Shown: positions 28,822 through 37,797 of the stretch, piece after piece | Position numbering within the stretch: position 1 is the first letter of the stretch | Layout of the letters: the number at the start of each line of letters is the position of its first letter | Source of the DNA: Methylobacteriaceae bacterium | GTDB taxonomy: Bacteria > Pseudomonadota > Alphaproteobacteria > Rhizobiales > Beijerinckiaceae | Reading direction: 5' to 3' | NCBI GenBank assembly: GCA_020638195.1 | Contig: JACKJC010000004.1 | Coordinates: 413,403-477,402, forward strand | DNA: 64,000 bases | Position numbers and translations under genes: made by a program | Notes under the pieces: model-generated | Database searches by the model: none | What the model was told of the DNA's origin: nothing | What the model saw: only the letters and a program-made list of their open reading frames with translations

Positions 28822-30365
28822 TGAGCGCCCGCCCCGCGACCTTCCGCTGGTTCGCCGCCCACGATCTCACGCTGGCGCGCCGGCGCGTGCGCGCCTTCTT
28901 CGGCTCCTCGGGTCCGATCAAGATCGCGCTCATCCTCGGGGTCGCGATCCTCTTCTTCCACATGCTCGCCATTTTCGCTCTGGGCACGGCGCTCGAGGAT
29001 TTCGACGACGGGCGGCGAGCGCTCTACCCCTATGTCGGGTCCGCCGCGCTGTTCATCCTGCCGTGGATCGTCTCGCAGGCGCTGACGAATGCGACACGCG
29101 CGCTCTACACACGCGGCGATCTCGACATTGTGCTGTCCTCGCCCATGCCCGCGCGCCCCGTCTTCGCCGCGCGCAGCCTGGCGATCGCGCTGGAATCCAT
29201 ACTGTCCGTCGCGATCTTCATCCTGCCGATCGCCAATGCGCTCGCCCTGCTCGCGGACGGACGCTGGCTCGCGGTCTATCCCGCGCTGGCGGCCGCCGGC
29301 CTGTTCGGGACCGCGATCGGCTTCGTGCTGATGCTCGGCCTGTTCCGCTTCGTCGGCCCCCGCCGCACGCGCGTCGTCGCCAATGTGCTGGCGACGCTGA
29401 TCGGCGCTTCCTTCGCCATCGGCCTGCAGGCCTACAATATCGCGCCCGCGGCCTATCGCATGGCGATCGCGGACTGGCTCCACGGCGCGCGCGCCGGCGG
29501 GCTGCTCGATACCGACAGCGTGATCTGGCTGCCCGTGCGCGCCGCCGCAGGCGAGCCCATTGCGCTGATCGTGTGGTGCGCCATCTCGCTCGGCCTGTTC
29601 CTCGTCGCCGTCCTGTCGCTCGGAGATTTTTTCATGCGTGGCGCGGGCGCCGCCATCGGCTCGGAACGTCGCGAGGCGCCACGCGCGAAACGGGCGACGC
29701 GTTTCCAGCCGGGCGTCGGAGTGGCGCTGCGCCGCAAGGAATGGCGGCTCATCTCGCGCGATCCGGGTCTCGCCTCGCAAATCCTGCTTCAGATCATCTA
29801 CACCATGCCGATCTCGGTCGTGCTGTGGCGCGCCATGGGACCGAACGGTTCGCTGGCGCTCGCCACGGCGCCCGCCCTGGTCGCCGTGGCTTCCAACGTC
29901 TCGGCCTCGCTCGCCTGGCTCGCCATCTCCAGCGAGGACGCGCCGGAATTCCTCGCGACCGCGCCCGTTTCGCGTCGCGATATCGAGCGTCGCAAGCTCG
30001 AGGCCATCGCGCTGCCTCTCATGCTCATTGTCGCCCTGCCGCTTGCCTTCGTCTGGTCGGCCGGCTTCAAGGCGGGCGCCGTGACGACGGTCTATGTGCT
30101 CGCCGCCGCGCTCGCCGCCGCGCTGCTCAATCTATGGCATCCCGTACCCGGACGGCGCGGCGACATACTGCGCCGTCACAGCCAGTCGAAGCTCGTCGCC
30201 ATGATGGAGCACATGCTGTCCTTGCTCTGGGCGGTCGCGCTGGCGCTCACCGCCTTCGGCTCCTGGGCGGCGATCGCGCCGGTCCTGTGCGCGATATTCC
30301 TTCTGTGGACGCAGCGGCCGCGAGCTAGGCCCGCGGCTGCTGGAATCCCGCAACCCGCGCGCTAG
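28821..30365 (+). CDS. large polytopic membrane protein, putative ABC exporter permease
   Basis: 514 aa with about 10-12 hydrophobic spans. Its ATG overlaps the ATPase stop (ATGA). Confidence 0.65.
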
Positions 30366-30398
30366 GTCAGTTGGCGGAACGTCGAACTGGAGTTCCCC

Positions 30399-30710
30399 GT
30401 GCGACGCATCGCCTATCTGACGGGACTGCTGCTGGTCAGCGCATCGCCGTCGCTGGCGCAAACCCCGCCGACGCTCGACTATCGCCACGCCTGCAAGCAG
30501 ACGCCGAGGGTCGGCATGGACCGCAAGGCGACGATCAAGTCCTGTCTCGACGACGAGGCGCAGGCGAAGAAACAATTGCCGCCGGTGTGGCGCGGCGCCG
30601 ACGGCGCTTCACGCCGCATGTGCCTGGCGGAAACGACGCAGGGCGGCTTGCCGAGCTACGTCGAACTGATCGTGTGCCTCCAGAACGCCGCCGCGGTGAA
30701 GGCGCAGTAG
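30399..30710 (+). CDS. small secreted 4-Cys protein
   Basis: Signal peptide MRRIAYLTGLLLVSASPSLAQ, four Cys in the mature part. GTG start with GGAG upstream. Confidence 0.5.
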   Translation: MRRIAYLTGLLLVSASPSLAQTPPTLDYRHACKQTPRVGMDRKATIKSCLDDEAQAKKQLPPVWRGADGASRRMCLAETTQGGLPSYVELIVCLQNAAAVKAQ

Positions 30711-30711
30711 C

Positions 30712-31722
30712 TCAGCCGCGGAAAACCGGCCGCCCCTCGATCGGATAGGCCGGATCATTGTAGCCGGGCGTCGAGGGATGTCCGGTCACGACGAGTCGGT
30801 CGATCAGCGCTTCGTCCTCGGCCGTGAAGGAATGCGCGAGCGCGCCGACATAGTCGGCCCATTGCTCTTCCGTGCGCGGACCGGCGATCGCCGATGTCAC
30901 GAAGCGATTGTTGAGCACCCACAGCAACGCGAACTGCCCGGTCGTCATGCCGCGCGCTTCCGCGTGTTTCCTGATCTCCTGCGCTAGCACGAGCGATTCA
31001 GGCCGCCATTCCGTCTGCATGATGCGCGTGTCCGCGCGCCCCGCGCGCGTGCCTTCGGGCGGCGGCGCGCCGGGCTCGTACTTGCCCGACAGCACGCCGC
31101 GCGCGAGCGGCGAATAGGGCACGACGCCGATCCCGTAATTGCCGCAAGCCGGCAGATGCTCGACCTCAGGCATACGATTCATCGCATTGTAATAAGGCTG
31201 GCTGACGACCGGCCGTCCGATGCCGAGGCGATCGCAGATGTTGCAGATTTCCGCGACCCGCCACGCGCGAAAATTCGAAACGCCGAAATGCCGGATTTTT
31301 CCCGCGCGCACCAGATCGGCGATGGCAAGCACCGTCTCCTCGAGCGCGGTTCCGTGATCCTCGCGATGCAGATAGTAGACGTCGATCGCCTCGACGCCGA
31401 GCCGCCGCAGCGAGGCTTCACAAGCCTGCGTCATCCAGACGCGCGACAGGCCGCGATGATTGCGGATCTTGCTCATGGCGTTGCCGACCTTGGTCGCGAC
31501 CACCCATGCGTTGCGCGACGACTTTATGGCGCGGCCCACGATCTCCTCGGACCGCCCATCGCCATAGACGTCGGCCGAGTCGATGAAATTGATCCCCGCC
31601 TCGCGCGCCGACCCGATGATCCGCGCCGACGTCGCCTCGTCCGTCGCGCCGCCGAAATTCATGGTGCCGAGACAGATGGTCGAAACGTCAAGGCCCGACC
31701 GGCCGAGCTTGCGATACTTCAT
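30712..31722 (-). CDS. aldo/keto reductase
   Basis: MKYRKLGRSGLDVSTICLGTMNFG...IDSADVYG...YYLHRED...GVSNF. Confidence 0.9.
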   Translation of the reverse strand: MKYRKLGRSGLDVSTICLGTMNFGGATDEATSARIIGSAREAGINFIDSADVYGDGRSEEIVGRAIKSSRNAWVVATKVGNAMSKIRNHRGLSRVWMTQACEASLRRLGVEAIDVYYLHREDHGTALEETVLAIADLVRAGKIRHFGVSNFRAWRVAEICNICDRLGIGRPVVSQPYYNAMNRMPEVEHLPACGNYGIGVVPYSPLARGVLSGKYEPGAPPPEGTRAGRADTRIMQTEWRPESLVLAQEIRKHAEARGMTTGQFALLWVLNNRFVTSAIAGPRTEEQWADYVGALAHSFTAEDEALIDRLVVTGHPSTPGYNDPAYPIEGRPVFRG

Positions 31723-31937
31723 GCTTTCCCCGCCACCGTTCGGTCGGATCCCTACCGCGCGATCCTAGTCCCTCGCCGCCCCGCCTCCAAAGCTCCACCC
31801 GCGCGTTCCGCATGGCTGCCCGCGCGATGGAACATGCCGAAGCCATTGAAACGGACGGGGCGCCGCAAGATAATAAGCACACATATATAATGCCGGCTTA
31901 TGGAATGCCGGAGCAGCTATTTCCGGGACTTTCGATC

Positions 31938-32423
31938 ATGCCCTCCGGGCCCTACCAGCAGACGCTGGGCTTCATCCTCAACGACACGGCGCGCCTGCTG
32001 CGCAAGCGCTTCGAGCAGCGCGCCCGTCATCTCGGCCTCACACGCGCGCAATGGCAGGCGCTTGCCTATCTCGCTCGCAACGAGGGCATTCAGCAGGGCC
32101 TGCTCGCCGAAATTCTCGAGCTCGAGCCGATCACGCTCGGCCGCATCCTCGACCGTCTGGAGGCCGCCGAACTCATTGAGCGGCGCCGCCACGCCGCTGA
32201 CCGGCGCGTCTGGCTGTTGCACCTCAAGCCCAAGGCGCATGCGCTGATGGCGGACATGTTCGAGATCGGCGACGCCACACGCGCTGAAGCGCTCGCCGAC
32301 GTGAGCGAGGCGGATCGTGAGGCGCTGACCCGCATTCTCACGACCATGAAGGCCAATCTCGCGGAGGCCTGCAGCATGCCGGTGGAAGGCGCGGCGCCGG
32401 CGCGGAGGGCGACCCATGGCTGA
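31938..32423 (+). CDS. MarR-family transcriptional regulator
   Basis: LGFILNDTARLLRKRFEQ...LTRAQWQALAYLARNEGIQQGLLAEILELEPITLGRILDRLE. In-frame ATGs at 31890 and 31905 are alternative starts. Confidence 0.8.
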   Translation: MPSGPYQQTLGFILNDTARLLRKRFEQRARHLGLTRAQWQALAYLARNEGIQQGLLAEILELEPITLGRILDRLEAAELIERRRHAADRRVWLLHLKPKAHALMADMFEIGDATRAEALADVSEADREALTRILTTMKANLAEACSMPVEGAAPARRATHG

Positions 32424-33588
32424 GCCCGCACGGCGCATGGAGTCCGAGCCCGGCCGCCCGACGCTTCAACCGGTGACTGCGGAAGCGCCGCGCCAGGAGC
32501 AGCACGCTGACCTTCACGCGAAGCCAAAGGTCAAGAAGCCGCGCAATCTGCGCGGACCGCTGCTTATTGCCGGCCCCCTTGTCGCCATCGCGCTCGGGCT
32601 CTGGGCCTATCTCGCGGGCGGCCGCTTCGCGACGACCGACGACGCCTACGTGAAGGCCGACATCGTCAATGTCGCAAACGACATTTCCGGCATCGTCGTC
32701 GAGGTGGACGTAAAGGAGGGGCAAGACATCAGGAAGGGTGATCTGCTGTTCCGCCTCGACGACGAGCCCTATCGCATCGCGCGCGAGGGCGCCGAGGCGC
32801 AGCTCGGCATTGTCGTGAACCAGCTGCAAGCAGCCAAGGCGAACTATGCGCAGGCCAGGGCGCAGATCGAACAGGCGAAGGCCGATCTCGACTTCTACGC
32901 CAAGACGCGGTCGCGACAGACCGATCTTCTCGACCGCAAGGTTACGACGCAGGCCGCCGCCGACCAGGCGCAACGCGACTATCTCGGCGCGCAATCGCGA
33001 CTTGTCGGCGCGCGCAAACAGGTGGATTCGCTGCTCGCCCAGCTCGGCGGCAAGCCCGATCAGCCGGTAGAGAAATATGCACAATACGAGCAGGCGAAGG
33101 CCGCGCTCGACAAGACCGACCGCGATCTGCGCCGCACGCGCGTCATCGCGCCGGTCGATGGCGTCGCGACCAATGTCGCGCAGGTCCAGCCCGGCAATTA
33201 CATCGCCGCCGCGCAGACCGCGATGAACATCGTCTCGCGCGAACGTGTGTGGGTGGATGCGGCGCTCAAGGAAACCGATCTTGCCCATGTGAAGGTCGGC
33301 GATCCCGCGACCATCGCGGTCGACGCCTACGGCGGGCGCGTCTGGAAGGCCCATGTTGCTTCGATCGCGCCGGCGACAGGCTCCGAATTCGCTGTGCTGC
33401 CGGCGCAGAATTCGTCCGGCAATTGGGTCAAGGTCGTCCAGCGCCTCACTGTCCGCATAGCGGTTGAGCCGGAAAAGGACGCGCCGCCGCTACGCGCCGG
33501 CATGAGCGTGATGACCTCGATCGACACCGGCGTGAAGCGCTCGCTCGCGACACTGCCGCGCGACCTCATGCATATGGTGGGCCTGTAA
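32416..33588 (+). CDS. HlyD/EmrA-family membrane fusion protein
   Basis: N-terminal TM, TDDAYVKADIVNVANDISGIVVEVDVKEGQDIRKGDLLFRLD, coiled coil, and a C-terminal NSSGNWVKVVQRLTVRI motif. Overlaps the marR stop. Confidence 0.9.
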   Translation: MAEPARRMESEPGRPTLQPVTAEAPRQEQHADLHAKPKVKKPRNLRGPLLIAGPLVAIALGLWAYLAGGRFATTDDAYVKADIVNVANDISGIVVEVDVKEGQDIRKGDLLFRLDDEPYRIAREGAEAQLGIVVNQLQAAKANYAQARAQIEQAKADLDFYAKTRSRQTDLLDRKVTTQAAADQAQRDYLGAQSRLVGARKQVDSLLAQLGGKPDQPVEKYAQYEQAKAALDKTDRDLRRTRVIAPVDGVATNVAQVQPGNYIAAAQTAMNIVSRERVWVDAALKETDLAHVKVGDPATIAVDAYGGRVWKAHVASIAPATGSEFAVLPAQNSSGNWVKVVQRLTVRIAVEPEKDAPPLRAGMSVMTSIDTGVKRSLATLPRDLMHMVGL

Positions 33589-33590
33589 TC

Positions 33591-35120
33591 ATGTCCGAGG
33601 ACAATCCGCAGGTTCCCAATCGCGGATTGCTGACCATCTGCGTGATGGCCGCCACCATCATGCAGGCGCTCGACACCACCATTGCCAACGTCGCCCTGCC
33701 TTACATGCAGGGTTCGCTGTCGGCGACACAGGACCAGATCACCTGGGTTCTGACCTCCTACATCGTCGCGGCCGCCATCTTCATGCCGACGACCGGCTTC
33801 CTTGCCGCGCGCTTCGGCCGCAAGAAATTGCTGATTACGGCCGTCGCCGGCTTCACCATCGCATCCGGCCTGTGCGGCGCGGCCCAGACGCTCGGGCAGA
33901 TGGTGATCTTCCGCCTGCTGCAGGGCGTGTTCGGCGCCGCGCTCGTGCCAATGTCGCAGGCGATCCTTCTCGATTCCTATCCGCGTGAGAAGCACGGATC
34001 GGCGATGGCGCTGTGGGGCGTCGGCGTGATGGTCGGCCCGATCCTCGGCCCCATGCTCGGCGGCTGGCTGACCGAATATTACAACTGGCGCTGGGTCTTC
34101 TACATCAATGTGCCAATTGGCGTCGCCGTCGTTTTCGGCCTCATGGCCGTGCTGACCGAGAGCAAGATCCAGCAGATGCGTTTCGACTGGTTCGGCTTCG
34201 CTACGCTGAGCCTCGCCGTCGGCGCGCTGCAGATGATGCTCGACCGCGGCCAGCTCGTCGACTGGTTCTCGTCGACCGAGATCATATTCGAGGCCGCGCT
34301 CGCCATACTCGCGCTCTATCTCTTCCTCGTCCACATGGCGACGGCCGAGAAACCCTTCATCGACCCGCATCTCTTCACCGACCATAATTTCCGCGTCGGC
34401 ATCATGCTGATCTTTGTCGTCGGCGTGATCCTCCTCGCCAGCGTCGCGCTGCTGACGCCCTATCTGCAGACGCTGATGGGCTATCCCGTCCTCACCGCAG
34501 GTCTCATCCTCGGCCCGCGCGGCATCGGCACCATGGTCGCCATGATGATCGTCGGGCGACTGATCGGCCGCATCGATCCGCGCATCTTCCTGCTGATCGG
34601 GCTCGGCCTGTCGTCGCTGTCGCTCTATGAGATGACCGGCTTCACGCCCGATGTTTCATCAGGCACGCTGCTGATCAACGGCATCGTCCAGGGCACGGGG
34701 CTCGGATTTCTGTTCACGCCGCTGTCGACCGTCACATTCGCGACGCTGCCGACGCACCTGCGCACCCAAGCGACGGGCCTGTTCAGCTTGCTGCGCAATC
34801 TCGGCTCATCGATCGGCGTTTCCGTCGTCATGTTCATGCTCGCTCGCAACATACAGACCATGCACGCCGAACTCGTGCACAACGCCTCGCCGCTCAATCC
34901 GGCGTTGCGCATGTTTCCCGCCGATCAAATCTGGAATCTGAAGACGCTCGCCGGTCGTGCGGCGCTCAACATGGAAATCACGCGGCAGGCGGAAATCATC
35001 GCCTACATGAACGACTACAAACTCCTCGCCATTCTCACGCTCGCCGCTGCGCCGCTGGTGTTGCTGCTCGGCAAGCCGCAGGACCGCACGGTCGCTCCCG
35101 CGCATGCGGTGGTCGAGTAG
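33591..35120 (+). CDS. MFS DHA2-family (EmrB/QacA-type) 14-TMS efflux transporter
   Basis: TIANVALPYMQGSL...WVLTSYIVAAAIFMPTTGFLAARFGRKK, typical of EmrB. Confidence 0.9.
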   Translation: MSEDNPQVPNRGLLTICVMAATIMQALDTTIANVALPYMQGSLSATQDQITWVLTSYIVAAAIFMPTTGFLAARFGRKKLLITAVAGFTIASGLCGAAQTLGQMVIFRLLQGVFGAALVPMSQAILLDSYPREKHGSAMALWGVGVMVGPILGPMLGGWLTEYYNWRWVFYINVPIGVAVVFGLMAVLTESKIQQMRFDWFGFATLSLAVGALQMMLDRGQLVDWFSSTEIIFEAALAILALYLFLVHMATAEKPFIDPHLFTDHNFRVGIMLIFVVGVILLASVALLTPYLQTLMGYPVLTAGLILGPRGIGTMVAMMIVGRLIGRIDPRIFLLIGLGLSSLSLYEMTGFTPDVSSGTLLINGIVQGTGLGFLFTPLSTVTFATLPTHLRTQATGLFSLLRNLGSSIGVSVVMFMLARNIQTMHAELVHNASPLNPALRMFPADQIWNLKTLAGRAALNMEITRQAEIIAYMNDYKLLAILTLAAAPLVLLLGKPQDRTVAPAHAVVE

Positions 35121-35654
35121 CTACTTCTTCGGACGGAACGCCTGGATGTGCTTGGGATCGGTGTCGATCCACGCCCCACCCATCAGCTCCATACAATAGG
35201 GCACCGCCGCCATGATCGAATCCAGACACAGGTCGATCGAACGCGGCGAACCCGGCAGGTTGACCACCAGACACTTGCCGCGCTGCGCGGCGAGCTGGCG
35301 CGACAGGATGGCGGTCGGCGTCTGCGCCAGCGAAGCCTGACGCATTTTTTCGCCGAAGCCCGGAAATTCGCGTGGGCACGCAGCGAGCGTCGCCTCCGGC
35401 GTGAGATCGCGCGCGGAGGGCCCGGTCCCGCCAGTCGTGAGCACGAGATCGCAGCCGGCGACATCCACGAGATCGATGATCGTATCGCGCACGCTCTCGA
35501 ACCCGTCGGGGATCACGCGCCGCTCGATGCGGAACGGCGTCGTCAGCACGCGCTTGAAATAGGTTTCGATCGCGGGCCCCGAAATATCCTCGTAGACCCC
35601 CGCGCTCGCGCGGTCGGAGGCGGTGACGACGCCGATGATGGCTTCCCTGTTCAA
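35121..35654 (-). CDS. mogA: molybdopterin adenylyltransferase MogA
   Basis: IGVVTASDRASAGVYEDISGPAI...LVLTTGGTGPSARDLTPEAT...GSPRS. The TTG start overlaps the eutC stop (TTGA). The longer 35825 ORF extension is not Mog-like. Confidence 0.8.
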   Translation of the reverse strand: MNREAIIGVVTASDRASAGVYEDISGPAIETYFKRVLTTPFRIERRVIPDGFESVRDTIIDLVDVAGCDLVLTTGGTGPSARDLTPEATLAACPREFPGFGEKMRQASLAQTPTAILSRQLAAQRGKCLVVNLPGSPRSIDLCLDSIMAAVPYCMELMGGAWIDTDPKHIQAFRPKK

Positions 35655-36403
35655 CGCTTGTTTCCCTCGATTGCCGGCGCCTCGCGCGCGAAAGGCGCGA
35701 GCGCCTCGTCTTCTTTCAGCGCGACGCCCGTCTTGTTCAGACGGCGCGCAAGCGCAGCGATCGCCACGATCTTTCGCACGGCTTCGCCGATCGGCAAACC
35801 GGCAGGACGTATGTTCGAGACGCAATTGCGCTGCGCATCGCTGGTCGCGCCCGGCTTTGGCGCGAAAGTGATATAGGCGCCGAGACTGTCGGGCGAGGAA
35901 AGGCCCGGCCGCTCGCCGATCAACATGACGACGAGATCGGCGTCGAAGGCAGCGGCTATGTCGTCGCCGAGCCCCACCCGCGCCATCATCGCGATCACGG
36001 GCGGCGACCAGCGCCAGTCCGGCGACGCCGCGCGCAACGCGCGCACCAACGCGGGCCCATGCGCCTGCGCGGCGCGCGCGGAAAGTCCGTCGCCGAGAAC
36101 GAGCGCGCAGTCGAAACGGCCCGCGAGTTTTTCGCGGGAGGCGTCGGACAGGCGGCGCCCCTCGTCCGGACGTTCGAGATAGGCGCGGCGGTCGGCGGCG
36201 CGACTTTCGACGACCATAGGAGCCAGATCGGTAAGCTCCGAACTGATGCGCGCGATATCGAACGGCGCGTGGATCGCATCGCGCGCCTCAGCATGCGCCA
36301 TCTGGAATTCGAGCATACGGCGCGTCGGCAGCGAGACGCCCGTGCGCCCGAGCCCGATGCGCGCCGCGGTCAACCCGCGCAGATAGGCGAAGGGATCGCT
36401 CAT
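35651..36403 (-). CDS. eutC: ethanolamine ammonia-lyase small (light) subunit
   Basis: LRGLTAARIGLGRTGVSLPT...FQMAHAEARDAIH...LGDGLSARA. 4-nt overlap with eutB. Confidence 0.9.
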   Translation of the reverse strand: MSDPFAYLRGLTAARIGLGRTGVSLPTRRMLEFQMAHAEARDAIHAPFDIARISSELTDLAPMVVESRAADRRAYLERPDEGRRLSDASREKLAGRFDCALVLGDGLSARAAQAHGPALVRALRAASPDWRWSPPVIAMMARVGLGDDIAAAFDADLVVMLIGERPGLSSPDSLGAYITFAPKPGATSDAQRNCVSNIRPAGLPIGEAVRKIVAIAALARRLNKTGVALKEDEALAPFAREAPAIEGNKR

Positions 36404-37788
36404 GCGTCGCCCGCAAACGACAGCAGCCGCGAGGCGTCGCGCCGTGCTTCGGGCAGCATGCAGCCGGCGTCATCCATCAGTCCCATGCGCTGCAGCCAGG
36501 CCTCGAATTCCGGCGCAGGCCTGAGCCCCAGAACCTCGCGCACGTAGAGCGCATCGTGAAACGAGGTCGACTGATAGTTGAGCATGATGTCGTCGGCGCC
36601 CGGCACGCCCATCACATAGGTGCAGCCGGCGACGCCGAGCAGCGTCAGGAGATTGTCCATGTCGTCCTGGTCGGCCTCGGCGTGATTGGTGTAGCAGACG
36701 TCCACGCCCATCGGCAGGCCCATCAGCTTGCCGCAGAAATGATCCTCCAGCCCTGCGCGGATGATTTCCTTGCCGTCGTAGAGATATTCCGGCCCGATGA
36801 AGCCGACGACCGTGTTGACGAGCAGCGGCCTGTAGCGCCGCGCCACCGCATAGGCGCGCGCCTCCATCGTCTGCTGGTCGACGCCGTGATGCGCATTGGC
36901 CGACAGCGCGGAACCTTGTCCCGTCTCGAAATACATGACGTTGGACCCGAGCGTGCCTCGGTTAAGGGCTTGAGCAGCGTCATGCGCTTCATCAAGCAGC
37001 GCCAGCGATACGCCAAAAGATTCGTTCGCGGCCTGCGACCCGGCGATCGACTGGAACACGAGATCGACTGGCGCGCACTTCTCCATCGCCTGCATCATGG
37101 TCGTGACATGCGCGAGCACGCAGGTCTGGGTTGGAATGTCGTAGGTCTGCCGCAACTCGTCGAGCCGCTGCAGCAGCAGTGTCGCCTGCGCGGCGCTGTC
37201 GGTCGCCGGGTTGATGCCGATGACGGCGTCGCCCGCGCCGAGCAGCAGGCCGTCGATCACGCTGGCGGCAATGCCGCGCAGATCGTCGGTCGGATGGTTC
37301 GGCTGCAACCGCACCGACAGCCGGCCGGGCAGGCCGATCGTGTCGCGGAATTGCGTGACGACGGAAATCTTGCGCGCGACGAGAATCAGGTCCTGGTTGC
37401 GCATCAGCTTCGACACCGCGGCAGCCATTTCCGGCGTGACGCCCGGCGCGAGCGCGGAGAGCGCTTCGGTTGTCGCGGCGTCGGACAGCAGCCAGTCGCG
37501 GAATTCGCCCACGGTGAGCGAGGCAATCGGCGCGAAGGCCGCGGCGTCATGACTTTCGAAGATCAGGCGCGACACCTCATCGGTGTCGGCTGGCACGATC
37601 TCCTCGCCGAGAAGCCGCTTCAGTGGAACGTCAGCCAGCGCCATGCGCGCCGCCACACGCTCGGCGTCAGTTTCGGCGGCGAGGCCGGCGAGCCTGTCGC
37701 CGGAGCGCGCCGGCGAGGCCTTGGCCAGCAGCGTGCGTAGGTCGGGGAAGGCAGAAAACGGGGAGCCGACTGATGACGCTTGACTCAT
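36400..37788 (-). CDS. eutB: ethanolamine ammonia-lyase large (heavy) subunit
   Basis: 462 aa. LQPNHPTDD...GINPATDS...YFETGQGSALS...GLEDHFCGKLMGLPMGVDVCYTNHA are diagnostic EutB motifs. Confidence 0.95.
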   Translation of the reverse strand: MSQASSVGSPFSAFPDLRTLLAKASPARSGDRLAGLAAETDAERVAARMALADVPLKRLLGEEIVPADTDEVSRLIFESHDAAAFAPIASLTVGEFRDWLLSDAATTEALSALAPGVTPEMAAAVSKLMRNQDLILVARKISVVTQFRDTIGLPGRLSVRLQPNHPTDDLRGIAASVIDGLLLGAGDAVIGINPATDSAAQATLLLQRLDELRQTYDIPTQTCVLAHVTTMMQAMEKCAPVDLVFQSIAGSQAANESFGVSLALLDEAHDAAQALNRGTLGSNVMYFETGQGSALSANAHHGVDQQTMEARAYAVARRYRPLLVNTVVGFIGPEYLYDGKEIIRAGLEDHFCGKLMGLPMGVDVCYTNHAEADQDDMDNLLTLLGVAGCTYVMGVPGADDIMLNYQSTSFHDALYVREVLGLRPAPEFEAWLQRMGLMDDAGCMLPEARRDASRLLSFAGDA

Positions 37789-37797
37789 GATCGCAGG

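Noticed and set aside
35655-35825. N-terminal extension of the mogA ORF, and similar extensions of the ORFs at 557, 3934, 8122, 27934, 41329, 43085 and 44064.
   Set aside because: In each case the extension overlaps the preceding gene, a terminator, a riboswitch or a REP element. Family homology begins at an internal start that abuts or overlaps the upstream stop.
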